NCBI GenBank assembly: GCA_964439905.1 | Contig: CAYTPK010000022.1 | Location: 90,258 to 154,257, forward strand | Direction: 5' to 3' | Origin: an uncultured Dehalococcoidia bacterium | Lineage (GTDB): Bacteria; Chloroflexota; Dehalococcoidia; Lucifugimonadales; GCA-2712585 | Length of the DNA: 64,000 bases | In this document: positions 8,468-18,198 of the stretch, in pieces | Position numbering within the stretch: position 1 is the first letter of the stretch | Layout of the letters: each line of letters begins with the position of its first letter | Program-made: the position numbers and the translations under genes | The notes under the pieces: model-generated | Told to the model about the DNA's origin: nothing | The model's database searches: none | What the model saw: the letters and a program-made list of their open reading frames with translations, nothing else

Positions 8468-10330
8468 TTATCGTAGTTTCCTCTCGTCTCCAACTCGTTT
8501 AGTTATCCGTTGTTCATCCATGTGTTCCAGTAGAGGTAAAACGTATTTCCGACTAGAATTGAAAAGGGTACGTGCGTCTGAGACGTTTATCTTCCCGTGT
8601 TCCTTAATGTATTTAATTATTGAGTCTTGCATCTGAGTATAGGCAGAAACTGAGAAGATTATATCTGGACTGACCCTTACAATTTCTTTCCTATCTACCA
8701 GTAAAGACAGCAAATCTTGATCCGGAGGGTCATCAGTCGATGGGCTAAAGGGTTTAGAATTGAGCATTCTGATATAGTCGGCCGCGATTTTACATTGCTT
8801 TGTATTCAGGATTGGTTTATGGTTCGGCAACTGTACAAGCCCAAGTTCTTCAACCAAGATGTTATCTGCAATTAACTTAGCTGCCACAAGATTGAACGTA
8901 GATCCTGATAATTTAAGGCGGCTTCGGAGTTCTTCCTTGGAACCACCTTTCCGAAGTGGAAATGTTTTATGGTATTCCGCAAGGAAAGTTTTAGTGAGCC
9001 TTTGAATTTCTATCCATGCATGTAATGAGTATATTACTTGGAGTGATGGATCTGGTGTGGTCCCCAATAAAATGAGCTTATCATTCTCGGAAAGGGCCTT
9101 GGCAATTAGAGTTATATCCGAAATGGTTTTGTTGAGGTGTTGCGCTATGACTTTGACTGTGGCACATCCAGATTGATTTAAGACACCTAGAAGAACTTCT
9201 TCAGGTGAGTCGTCTTGGGTTGTTTCTAGTGCTGTCAGAACTGATTCTACGAAAGGTTTATGGCGCTTGGGGTATGGATCAACTATTCTCCCACCACCCA
9301 GTGTTGTCGTAGTGTCCCTAACTACAAAAAAGTCGCCTTTGACTAAACCAACGGGGTCTTCCAGATGAATCTGAGCCCATCCTTCTTCTCCAGGTAACAG
9401 TTGTTTTTTGTCCAAAAGGCGTACGCGAGAGAAAGTTTCCCCAGCTAAAAGATGAAAAGTTACTCTGGCGTTGTGTTTTAGGGCCCGTACTGACGATTTA
9501 ATCAATTTGATTTTTACATCTACTAATGCCGTTTGTCTAAACCATCCGGGGTTAGTTAGCATGTGACCCCGATTCACATTATCGTTGTCTATACCGGATA
9601 AGTTAACGGCTACTCGCCTACCTGGGTTAGCGGTTTTGACCTTTTGTTTGTGAACTTGAAGCCCTCTAATCCTAGCTTTTTGGTAGGATGGTATTATCTC
9701 TACTTCTTGTCCTACTGTAAGGCTACCATCAAGGAGAGTGCCGGTTACAACCGTCCCAAACCCAATTTTTGAAAATATACGATCTATGGCTAGCCTTGGC
9801 CTACCCAAATCCTCTCGGGATTCTGTATTCGATAGACTGGCATCTATTACTTGTTTTAATTGTTCCATGCCATATCCAGATACTGCTGAAACTTTCACTG
9901 TTGGTGATCCATCAAAAACTGTACCCTTAAGGGCATCTTCGATTTCCATCTGAACAATTTCCAAGAATTCTTCATCTACTAAATCTGCTTTTGTAACAAC
10001 TACTACGGTTTTTTTAACCTCTAGTAGATCTAGGATTGCTAAGTGCTCTCGAGTTTGAGGCATGATGCCTTCGTCAGCCGAAATTACCAATAAAGCAAGG
10101 TCGATACTTCCGACACCGGTAAGCATAGTACGAACGAAACGTTCGTGGCCCGGCACATCTACAATACTGACTTCTCTGCCAGATGGTAAGGTTAGCCATG
10201 CGAATCCCAGCTCGATAGTCATACCACGCTCTTTTTCTTGAGGCAGACGATCCGGATCTATATCGGTTAATCTGTGGATCAGAGTGGATTTTCCATGATC
10301 CACATGTCCTGCTGTTCCAATAACGTACAT
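8468..10330 (-). CDS. selB: Selenocysteine-specific translation elongation factor SelB
   Basis: 620 aa. The N-terminus GTAGHVDHGKSTL...DRLPQEKERGMTIELGFA and the DVPGHERF and TKADL GTPase motifs are present. The long C-terminal extension is typical of SECIS-binding winged-helix domains. Confidence 0.88.
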   Translation of the reverse strand: MYVIGTAGHVDHGKSTLIHRLTDIDPDRLPQEKERGMTIELGFAWLTLPSGREVSIVDVPGHERFVRTMLTGVGSIDLALLVISADEGIMPQTREHLAILDLLEVKKTVVVVTKADLVDEEFLEIVQMEIEDALKGTVFDGSPTVKVSAVSGYGMEQLKQVIDASLSNTESREDLGRPRLAIDRIFSKIGFGTVVTGTLLDGSLTVGQEVEIIPSYQKARIRGLQVHKQKVKTANPGRRVAVNLSGIDNDNVNRGHMLTNPGWFRQTALVDVKIKLIKSSVRALKHNARVTFHLLAGETFSRVRLLDKKQLLPGEEGWAQIHLEDPVGLVKGDFFVVRDTTTTLGGGRIVDPYPKRHKPFVESVLTALETTQDDSPEEVLLGVLNQSGCATVKVIAQHLNKTISDITLIAKALSENDKLILLGTTPDPSLQVIYSLHAWIEIQRLTKTFLAEYHKTFPLRKGGSKEELRSRLKLSGSTFNLVAAKLIADNILVEELGLVQLPNHKPILNTKQCKIAADYIRMLNSKPFSPSTDDPPDQDLLSLLVDRKEIVRVSPDIIFSVSAYTQMQDSIIKYIKEHGKINVSDARTLFNSSRKYVLPLLEHMDEQRITKRVGDERKLR

Positions 10331-10460
10331 TTTTGCCTCTATGGGATGTTGTTATAAGAATATCAAGGTCGGCGGCAGTAGGGCAATTTCCATTAAACCA
10401 AACATCCCATTCACTTAACCAAGATTAAGTTTTCCCAATAGGGATCAATAACTGAGATTA

Positions 10461-11561
10461 TTAAACGTTAAAGAGGTAGTTGATAATATCCCCGTCTTTT
10501 ACGGGATAGGATTTGCCTTCGGAGCGTACTAATCCTAGTTTCTTTGCTGCTGTCATAGAGCGGTGGTACATAAAATCTTCATAACCGATCACCTCCGCCC
10601 TTATGAAGCCGCGTTCTATGTCCGAATGGATTTTTCTTGCCGCGGAGACGGCGCTTTGGTTGTTTTTTATTAACCAAGCTCTAACTTCATCACTTCCAAC
10701 CGTCAGGAATGTGCACATGCCCATTATATCTAAGCTAGCCTTGGTAAGTTGGTGAAGACATGAATGACTCAGCCCCAGAGATTCTCTAAATTCTTGTTGT
10801 TCAGGCTCAGGTAACTGTATTAGTTCGGCCTCGAGCTTTGCGTTAAAAATGACACAAGTTTGCCCTGTCAGTTCTTGGGGAGCGGTTGTTATTAAATCAA
10901 TATTGTTGTTATCTTCTAGTTGATCTTCGTCGACGTTAAGAACTGTGATCAAGGGTTTTGCCGCGAGGAGGTTGTAATTTGCTATAAATCTATTTTCCTC
11001 GTTGTTAAGCGATTCCGTCATGTATGGGGTTTTGTTCTCCAGTCCTTTCTTGAGTTTGTCAAGAAATACTTGTTCTTTTATGATTCTTTCTCGTTCAGCT
11101 CCCTTAGAGCTTTTAACTGACTCTTTGACTTTATCTAAACGCTTTTCCAAGATTAATAAATCGGATAAAATGAGTTCCTCGCGGATAATTGCAATATCAC
11201 GATTTGGATCCACGGTCCCCTCAGGATGTGGAACATGAGGATCGTCGAAAGCCCTTATAACTTGAACAAAAGCATCAGCAAGTTGCAGTTGATTTAAGTA
11301 TTGCCCATTAATAGTTAATTTATCGGTTGATGCCGAGTCTGACATTGGGATATCGAAGTAAGTTATTTCTGCTGGAACGATTTTTTTTGGCTGATAGATT
11401 TTGGCCAATGCGTCCAATCGTGGATCTTCCACTTTGGCCATGCCTACTTCCATCTTGCCCCTATCTAAACCTGTTTTTTTTAGAGTTTGATTGGCTCCAG
11501 TCAAACACTTAAATATTGTGGTTTTTCCACTCGAATTTAATCCAATTAATCCTATTTGCAT
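10461..11561 (-). CDS. ychF: Ribosome-binding ATPase YchF (OLA1 family)
   Basis: 366 aa. The G1 motif is GLNSSGKTT. The C-terminus GFIRAEVIGYEDF...EGKSYPVKDGDIINYLFNV is characteristic of YchF. Confidence 0.92.
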   Translation of the reverse strand: MQIGLIGLNSSGKTTIFKCLTGANQTLKKTGLDRGKMEVGMAKVEDPRLDALAKIYQPKKIVPAEITYFDIPMSDSASTDKLTINGQYLNQLQLADAFVQVIRAFDDPHVPHPEGTVDPNRDIAIIREELILSDLLILEKRLDKVKESVKSSKGAERERIIKEQVFLDKLKKGLENKTPYMTESLNNEENRFIANYNLLAAKPLITVLNVDEDQLEDNNNIDLITTAPQELTGQTCVIFNAKLEAELIQLPEPEQQEFRESLGLSHSCLHQLTKASLDIMGMCTFLTVGSDEVRAWLIKNNQSAVSAARKIHSDIERGFIRAEVIGYEDFMYHRSMTAAKKLGLVRSEGKSYPVKDGDIINYLFNV

Positions 11562-11690
11562 TTCATATGACAGGATACATGTATGAACACCTTGTTGCTA
11601 TCCCACTAGATCCATAGTTCGACAAAAATATTGTGGCCGGTGAGAAAAAAATTGGTTACTATTGGGCTACTAAAATAGTGTAGAGGTACT

Positions 11691-12689
11691 GTGTCTAGTG
11701 TCGTAATATATGGGGATGCCTTTTTGGTAGAAGAAGCTTTAGCGAAACTTGTAGCGGATAAGGGATTAGGAGATTTGGTGGAATCTAATTGTCATCGGTT
11801 CGCCTACCCAAACTTGACGCTGGAACAATTGAAACTAACCTGTGATGCGATACCCTTTTTGTCTACTACCAGGCTAGTGATTGTCAGGGATTTGTTGAGG
11901 AGTTTTGAGTCCAGATCTAAACATCGAAATCTCAATAAGGTATCTGCACACTCCTGGGAAGGATTGAGTGACTACTTGGGAGTCATGCCGGAGTCAACCG
12001 AACTAGTACTTGTTGATGGATCTTTACGACCTGATAATTGGATGTTGAAAGAACTTACCGGGAAGACCAAGATAGAAAATTGCCTTGCCCCTAGACATGG
12101 GGATTTGGCCTTATGGATCCGTCAGAGAGTTGGTAATCGCGGGTCCAAAATATCTCCTTCAGCATTGAGGCTTTTGATACATCACGTTGGTATGAATTTG
12201 AGGGCTTTAGATGGTGAAATTGAGAAATTGACTTTGTTTGCAGGGGAAGGTCCAATTAATGAAACCAGTGTTACAGAGTTGGTAACGGATGTGAGAGAAG
12301 CGAGTATTTTTGCGGCGGTAGACGCAGTTGTTGAAAGTAAAGGTGATTTGGCACTAAGGTTAATACAAAGAATCCGGACAGGTGGTGCTGGTGCCACATA
12401 TATTTTAAATATGCTTGCTCGTCAGTTGCGGCTTGTAACATTAGCGAAAGAATTACATGAAGCTCAAACGCGTTACCCAGATATGAGAGGACGACTTAAA
12501 ATAAAATCAGATTTTGTTTTAAGAAAAACGATTGATCAAGCTAAATCAGTATCTTGGAAAAGAATAACCTTTCTATACGACCAAATTATTGCGGCTGATC
12601 AGGCTATCAAGCAGGGAACATTGAATGAAGAGTTGGCCTTAGATCTTTTTGTCACTCAAGCGATATCATTAGACCGAGCTAGGCATTAG
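11691..12689 (+). CDS. holA: DNA polymerase III delta subunit
   Basis: 332 aa with a GTG start. Length and N-terminal pattern (VVIYGDAFLVEEAL) fit HolA, and it has a helical C-terminal domain. No strong catalytic motif is expected for this protein. Confidence 0.7.
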   Translation: MSSVVIYGDAFLVEEALAKLVADKGLGDLVESNCHRFAYPNLTLEQLKLTCDAIPFLSTTRLVIVRDLLRSFESRSKHRNLNKVSAHSWEGLSDYLGVMPESTELVLVDGSLRPDNWMLKELTGKTKIENCLAPRHGDLALWIRQRVGNRGSKISPSALRLLIHHVGMNLRALDGEIEKLTLFAGEGPINETSVTELVTDVREASIFAAVDAVVESKGDLALRLIQRIRTGGAGATYILNMLARQLRLVTLAKELHEAQTRYPDMRGRLKIKSDFVLRKTIDQAKSVSWKRITFLYDQIIAADQAIKQGTLNEELALDLFVTQAISLDRARH

Positions 12690-12848
12690 TGAATCCTCTA
12701 GTCAGTCCCATTACTCCTGGTTGGTGTGTGGAGCTAAATCCCACAAATTAATACATTGTTTTGTTTCATCCCACATTAAATAAACGCGTTTGAGTAGGCG
12801 AATGGTCCCGTCTACCATATTTTATTGAAGTTTTGGCCCGTTTTTTGC

Positions 12849-12877
12849 TTGATAACACACAAAGCCTGTGCTATATT
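12849..12877 (+). promoter_or_regulatory. Candidate sigma-70-type promoter for the nuo operon
   Basis: TTGATA (12849-12854), a 17-nt spacer, then TATATT (12872-12877). A GAGGGGA Shine-Dalgarno sequence lies just before the nuoA ATG at 12906. Confidence 0.4.
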
Positions 12878-12905
12878 CCAGCGTGTCCCCTAGAGGGGAT
12901 TTTCT

Positions 12906-13289
12906 ATGCTTGAGGACTATTTCCGACAGTACGGCCTAATTGCGATATTTGCGCTAGTCGCTATTATCGTACCCAGCAGCATGTTGCTGCTTTCCCTGTT
13001 GTTCTCGCGAATCAGAGTACGTCCCATTAAGCCCAATCCCGTAAAGTCAGATATATATGAATGTGGAATGGAGACTATAGGAGGACGTTGGGGGCAATTT
13101 AACTTCCGCTACTATATGTATGCTCTGCTTTTTGTGATATTTGATGTAGCGGTAGTCTTTTTGTATCCATGGGCTGTTCAGCTAGGTAAGTTGGGATTGT
13201 TTGCTTTGCTTCAGATGATAGCTTTCTTAGTAATTTTGGGTTTTGGTTGGGTTTATGCATGGGGAAAAAAGGATCTCGAATGGAGGTAG
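12906..13289 (+). CDS. nuoA: NADH-quinone oxidoreductase subunit A
   Basis: 127 aa with three TM segments. Contains the conserved YECGME and FDVAVVFLYPWA motifs. Confidence 0.93.
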   Translation: MLEDYFRQYGLIAIFALVAIIVPSSMLLLSLLFSRIRVRPIKPNPVKSDIYECGMETIGGRWGQFNFRYYMYALLFVIFDVAVVFLYPWAVQLGKLGLFALLQMIAFLVILGFGWVYAWGKKDLEWR

Positions 13290-13295
13290 GCTAAT

Positions 13296-13886
13296 ATGAC
13301 ATTAGACATTCCTGAGGATATGGATATAAAAGAAGGAAATGAAGTGGAGACTCTGCGACTATCGCATAGCAAACATCCATTCGCCGATCCAATTATCGAG
13401 GTACCTGATGATCTAAAGAGAAACTTGATGGTAACGTCTGTGGATGCGTTATTGAATTGGAGCAGGAAATCGGCCCTCTGGCCGGTGGCGTTTGGTCTTG
13501 CTTGTTGTGCTTTCGAAATGATGGCATCGGCTATGTCTCGGTTCGACATTTCTAGATTTGGAATGGAGGCATTTCGTGCTACCCCCAGACAAGCCGATTT
13601 GATGATTGTAGCCGGCACAGTTACCTGGAAGATGGCAGTTCCAATCCAGCGTATTTACCATCAAATGGGCGAACCCAAATGGGTTATATCTATGGGTGTG
13701 TGTGCGACTAGTGGAGGACCATATTATTCAAGCTACAGTGTTGTTCCCGGTGTTAATCATATAGTCCCCGTAGATGTTTATGTTCCCGGATGTCCACCAC
13801 GGCCTGATGCCCTTCTCTACGGGATTATGCAACTGCATGAAAAAATAAAGAAATACAGTCTTTCTGGTCCTACTGCAGGAGCATAA
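13296..13886 (+). CDS. nuoB: NADH-quinone oxidoreductase subunit B (N2 cluster)
   Basis: 196 aa. Contains GLACCAFEM, the MGVCATSGG region and GCPPRP cluster-ligand motifs. Confidence 0.95.
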   Translation: MTLDIPEDMDIKEGNEVETLRLSHSKHPFADPIIEVPDDLKRNLMVTSVDALLNWSRKSALWPVAFGLACCAFEMMASAMSRFDISRFGMEAFRATPRQADLMIVAGTVTWKMAVPIQRIYHQMGEPKWVISMGVCATSGGPYYSSYSVVPGVNHIVPVDVYVPGCPPRPDALLYGIMQLHEKIKKYSLSGPTAGA

Positions 13887-14341
13887 TGACAAGATCTCTT
13901 ACTGGTAAGGAATTGCACGGTTATTTAGTAGATGTGTTTGGAGAGTATTTGTCGAATTACGGGGAACAAGAGATTCTGATAGACCCGCAGAAAGTAGATG
14001 CAGTATGTGAATATATGAAGACCAATTCCGAGTTGGAATTTAATTTCCTAAACTCTATAACGGCTGTAGATTACGTAGAATATTTCGAGGTTGTTTATCA
14101 CATTACGTCTTTTTCTTACAATCACCAAGCTATATTGAAAGTGCGTGTTTATGGTAGGGATGAACCCAGCCTACCTTCTGTTTGTAGCATATGGCCCGGG
14201 GCAAATTTTCAAGAGCGAGAAATATTCGATTTAATGGGATTAAGTTTCAAAGGGCATCCGAATCTAAAAAGAATCATGCTTTGGGAGGGATTTCCAGGTC
14301 ATCCACATAGGCGCGATTTTGAAGATGTGGTCAAGTATTAG
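13886..14341 (+). CDS. nuoC: NADH-quinone oxidoreductase subunit C
   Basis: 151 aa. Contains WPGANFQEREIFDLMGLSFKGHP. Its start overlaps the nuoB stop. Confidence 0.92.
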   Translation: MTRSLTGKELHGYLVDVFGEYLSNYGEQEILIDPQKVDAVCEYMKTNSELEFNFLNSITAVDYVEYFEVVYHITSFSYNHQAILKVRVYGRDEPSLPSVCSIWPGANFQEREIFDLMGLSFKGHPNLKRIMLWEGFPGHPHRRDFEDVVKY

Positions 14342-14343
14342 TT

Positions 14344-15450
14344 ATGGCTTTTAAAACTGAGCCTATGACCATAAACATTGGTCCCCAGCACCCTAGTACT
14401 CATGGTGTGTTTAGATTGCGAGTTACTTTTGACGGTGAGGTGATTGTTGATATTGAACCGATCTTTGGCTACTTGCACCGAGGCTCCGAGAAACTAGCAG
14501 AGGAGAGAAATTACGTACAAGTTTTAACTCTAACGGATAGACTGGATTACACAGCCTCTATGACAAATAACCAGGCCTATTGTCTAGCGGTAGAAAAATT
14601 GTTGGGTGTTACGGTCCCGGAAAGAGGCAAATATTTAAGGGTTATGACTGCAGAATTGCAACGGGTTGCCAGTCATTTGATTGCAATTGGGTTTTTCCTG
14701 CAGGATTTGGGGGCGTTAGCTACTCCTCTTATGTATTGTTTTAGGGTACGGGAATCTATCCTAGATCTATTCGAAATGCTCTGTGGGGCTCGTATTACAG
14801 TCAGTTACATGAGGCCAGGGGGCGTGTTTGCCGAACCTCCGGAAGACTTTTGGCCAGAATTGATGCGTTTTATGGATGAAGCGCCCGGTCTTATTGAAGA
14901 ATTGGAAAATTTGATCATGGAAAATGAGATCGTTGTTGTACGGACAAAGGGTACTGGTATTCTACAAGCAGAATCTGCTATTGCTAATTCAGTGTCTGGA
15001 CCAGTTCTCCGTGGTTCGGGTTTTGCATGGGATTGGCGTAAAGCAGACCCTTACGATATATACGATCGAGTTGATTTTGATATACCCGTTGGTAATAACG
15101 GGGATAACTACGATCGCTTCCAGGTTAGGATTGAGGAAATCAAACAAAGTTTGAAGATAGTCTCGCAATGTGTGAAACAAATACCTGCTGGCTCCATCAG
15201 AACCGAGCTTCCCTTAGTTTTGCGCCCCCCTGCGTGGCAAGAGAGCTACGGCAGAGTTGAATCTCCAAAAGGAGAACTTGGGTTTTATTTAGTTAGCGAT
15301 GGTAGTGTTGCGCCTTACAGATGTAAGGTAAGGTCTCCTTCTTTAATAAACCTACACGTTTTGAAGGAATTATTAGTGGGCTGGAAATTAGCTGACATGA
15401 TTGTAACTTTAGGCAGCATAGATATTAATATGGGTGAGGTGGATAGGTAG
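14344..15450 (+). CDS. nuoD: NADH-quinone oxidoreductase subunit D
   Basis: 368 aa. Contains GPQHPSTHGV, YLHRGSEKL and the C-terminal GSIDINMGEVDR. Confidence 0.95.
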   Translation: MAFKTEPMTINIGPQHPSTHGVFRLRVTFDGEVIVDIEPIFGYLHRGSEKLAEERNYVQVLTLTDRLDYTASMTNNQAYCLAVEKLLGVTVPERGKYLRVMTAELQRVASHLIAIGFFLQDLGALATPLMYCFRVRESILDLFEMLCGARITVSYMRPGGVFAEPPEDFWPELMRFMDEAPGLIEELENLIMENEIVVVRTKGTGILQAESAIANSVSGPVLRGSGFAWDWRKADPYDIYDRVDFDIPVGNNGDNYDRFQVRIEEIKQSLKIVSQCVKQIPAGSIRTELPLVLRPPAWQESYGRVESPKGELGFYLVSDGSVAPYRCKVRSPSLINLHVLKELLVGWKLADMIVTLGSIDINMGEVDR

Positions 15451-16721
15451 TGGATTCCTTTCTTGAAAATAATGGTATGTATCGAGGTATTTATTGTTAT
15501 TTTGCGGGTAACGAGGGAAATGCAGCGTGGTGTGAAGGTGGCAACGGGATACTCCCATTGGGCTGGGAATGGCTTGGTTATTTTATAGCTGGATTCACAA
15601 TCATGTTTATACTCGTAAATGGAGCTCTTCTCGGAGCTGCTCTGTTTGTGTGGGGCGAGAGAAGGATCTTAGCCCGGATACACAAGAGAAGAGGACCCAA
15701 CAGATGGGGACCCTTTGGCTTGCTTCAGCCTATAGCGGATCTTCTTAAGCTTTTAATCAAGGAAGATTTGGTTCCGACTGTTGCCGATCGTGTGGTATTT
15801 ACGCTGGTTCCAGTTGTCATGTTAATGTCACTACTTTTAAGCCTTGCGGTTATACCATTTGCCCACAATACATATCTCGCAGATTTGAACGTTGCTATCT
15901 TGTACTTTGTGGCAGTAGGGTCTCTAAGTACGATCGCCATCTTCATGGCTGGCTGGTCATCGGGGAACAAATATGCAATTTTTGGTGCGATGCGTAGCGT
16001 CGCAATGCTTATAAGTTATGAAGTCCCTCTGGTAATGTCTTTAGTAGGGGTCGTATTGATTTCCGGATCCATGTCGATGGTAGATGTGGTCAACGCTCAA
16101 CATATACCGTTTATATTGGTGCAACCCTTAGGTGCTCTGATCTTTTTACTTGGGATATCTGCTGAACTAAATAGGACTCCGTTTGACATTATGGAGGCGG
16201 AATCCGAGATTATCGCCGGATACCATACTGAATATAGCGGTATTAAGTTTGCTCTTATTCAAGCCGCTGAAATGGCTGGTGTTTTAGCCGCATCGGCCGT
16301 TCTTGCAACTCTCTTTCTGGGAGGTTGGTCAGGGCCAGTCCTTTCAAGTCAGCTCGGAGCTTTATGGTTCTTATTGAAGCTGACATTTTTTGCTTTCTTG
16401 TTCATTTGGATTCGAGGTACGTTCCCCAGGTTAAGGATTGATCAGATAATGGCTTTTGCTTGGAAGTTTTTATTGCCATTGGCCCTGATTAATCTGGTCA
16501 GCACAGCGGTTGAAGTATATTTCTTTGGTTTCTATAATGCCACTGCCGATAATTTAGGGGTAATTACTGGGAACGAACTGTGGATTATGGCAGCGATCAA
16601 TTCTGGAATAGCTATGGTCGCGATAATCTTGTTTGGGAGGGCAACGAGAAACAGGATGGAGCCTAAACGAGCAAGATTACATAAGTTGGAAGCGGCTGGA
16701 ACCGTCGTGGGAGTGAACTAA
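15450..16721 (+). CDS. nuoH: NADH-quinone oxidoreductase subunit H (with N- and C-terminal extensions)
   Basis: 423 aa. Contains ERRILARIHKRRGPNRWGPFGLLQPIADLLKL and ELNRTPFDIMEAESE. Its start overlaps the nuoD stop. Confidence 0.93.
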   Translation: MDSFLENNGMYRGIYCYFAGNEGNAAWCEGGNGILPLGWEWLGYFIAGFTIMFILVNGALLGAALFVWGERRILARIHKRRGPNRWGPFGLLQPIADLLKLLIKEDLVPTVADRVVFTLVPVVMLMSLLLSLAVIPFAHNTYLADLNVAILYFVAVGSLSTIAIFMAGWSSGNKYAIFGAMRSVAMLISYEVPLVMSLVGVVLISGSMSMVDVVNAQHIPFILVQPLGALIFLLGISAELNRTPFDIMEAESEIIAGYHTEYSGIKFALIQAAEMAGVLAASAVLATLFLGGWSGPVLSSQLGALWFLLKLTFFAFLFIWIRGTFPRLRIDQIMAFAWKFLLPLALINLVSTAVEVYFFGFYNATADNLGVITGNELWIMAAINSGIAMVAIILFGRATRNRMEPKRARLHKLEAAGTVVGVN

Positions 16722-17326
16722 TGTACGGTAAAGGATTAATTAAAGGACTTTTTGTGACACTGAAAAATTTAGTCCGACCTCCCTTTACGGTCCAATATCC
16801 TGAGGAAAGACTGGTTCAACACCCCAGGTTTAGAGGACAGGAATTTGCGTGGTATGAGGAGAGATGCACTGGATGCGCATCTTGTGCTAAATACTGTCCG
16901 TTGGGAATTATTCGTATAGTGACTGAACCGAGCCGGACTTCTTTCGAACAGGGAGATAAGTACAATATTGAGACATTTGATATTGATATAGGCCGGTGTA
17001 TGTATTGTGGTTTATGCGTAGAAGCTTGCCCTTATGATGCATTGTTTATGGGTAGTGGGTTTGAAAGAGGCAAATATCAGAGAAAAGATTTGTTAATTAG
17101 TGTGGATGAACTAAGAACAGCAGCGAAACGACCTAGTACTTGGTTTCGGCCGCAATTGGAACGCAAAGGTTATGACCCGCATTCAGGGGTTCCTATTTCC
17201 TGGAAAGATGTGGGAAGGGAAAAGTGGGAGTGGAGGCAGAAGGATAAGGCCGGATCAAGATTCTATGTAACAAATATGGATAACCAAAACAAAGACGGCA
17301 AAAACTCCGTGGATGAGATTTACTAG
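16721..17326 (+). CDS. nuoI: NADH-quinone oxidoreductase subunit I (2x[4Fe-4S])
   Basis: 201 aa. Carries two ferredoxin motifs, CTGCASCAKYCP and CMYCGLCVEACP. Confidence 0.93.
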   Translation: MYGKGLIKGLFVTLKNLVRPPFTVQYPEERLVQHPRFRGQEFAWYEERCTGCASCAKYCPLGIIRIVTEPSRTSFEQGDKYNIETFDIDIGRCMYCGLCVEACPYDALFMGSGFERGKYQRKDLLISVDELRTAAKRPSTWFRPQLERKGYDPHSGVPISWKDVGREKWEWRQKDKAGSRFYVTNMDNQNKDGKNSVDEIY

Positions 17327-17842
17327 ATGCTTTTCCAAGACATCATTTTTTGGAGTTTAGCTTTGTTAGCCGTTACGTCGGCTCTTGGTGTAGTGATGAT
17401 GCAAAACATATTTCGTTCTGCACTTCTTTTGATTGTGGTTTTCCTTGCAATTGCTGCTCAGTTCGTTTTTCTTGCAGCAGAGTTCGTAGGTGTGGTTCAG
17501 CTTTTAATTTATGCGGGAGCTATAAGTATACTTATCATTTTCGCCATAATGTTGACGAGAGATGTGCAAAGAGGGAATCTGCCAAACAAAATGCAAATTC
17601 CTGCAGTTTTGATATCTTCACTGTTATTAGTGACCTTTGTTTTCGTTTTTATAGATACGGATTGGCATTTAATACAAGACTTCCCGCAAAATAAAGAAAT
17701 CCTTGACCAAGCCTTTGCTAATACTCCAGTTCGCCTAGCTGTTTTGTTGATGGGAAATTATTCATTGGCTTTTCTATCCGCGGGACTCTTGCTTTTAGGG
17801 TCTATTATTGGAGCCTTGACATTAGTTCGAGAGAGATCGTAA
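17327..17842 (+). CDS. nuoJ: NADH-quinone oxidoreductase subunit J
   Basis: 171 aa, polytopic, with YAGAISILIIFAIML. The call also rests on operon position. Confidence 0.88.
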   Translation: MLFQDIIFWSLALLAVTSALGVVMMQNIFRSALLLIVVFLAIAAQFVFLAAEFVGVVQLLIYAGAISILIIFAIMLTRDVQRGNLPNKMQIPAVLISSLLLVTFVFVFIDTDWHLIQDFPQNKEILDQAFANTPVRLAVLLMGNYSLAFLSAGLLLLGSIIGALTLVRERS

Positions 17843-18192
17843 TGGATCTGGAACGATTCTTAATATTGTCGGCAATATTATTTTGTATAGGCCTTTACGG
17901 AGTATTGGCCAGGCGTAATGCCATCACGGTGTTAATGTCATTAGAGATAATGTTTAATGCAGTCACGTTGGCCGCAGTTGCTGTATCTAGACATGTGACT
18001 AGCTATCAGGTTTTGTCGTCGACGGATTTTTCCGAGAGCGCTATTAATTCCATGTTGACGGGCCAGGTTTTTGCATTATTTATCATTGTTGTTGCAGCGG
18101 CTGAAATAGCCTTGGGATTGGGAATCGTGATTTCGTTATATAGAAGTCGTGAGACTGTAGATATTGACCAAGCCAATCTTATGAGACGGTGA
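17842..18192 (+). CDS. nuoK: NADH-quinone oxidoreductase subunit K (longer than usual loop)
   Basis: 116 aa. Contains RRNAITVLMSLEIMFNAV and VVAAAEIALGLGIV. An extra ~16-aa loop (SYQVLSSTDFSESAINSM) is present. Confidence 0.9.
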   Translation: MDLERFLILSAILFCIGLYGVLARRNAITVLMSLEIMFNAVTLAAVAVSRHVTSYQVLSSTDFSESAINSMLTGQVFALFIIVVAAAEIALGLGIVISLYRSRETVDIDQANLMRR

Positions 18193-18198
18193 TAGATT

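Noticed and set aside
11562-11690. The strand switch between ychF (-) and holA (+), considered as a possible replication origin.
   Set aside because: No DnaA-box-like TTATCCACA repeats or AT-rich unwinding element are seen, and no dnaA or dnaN gene lies nearby.
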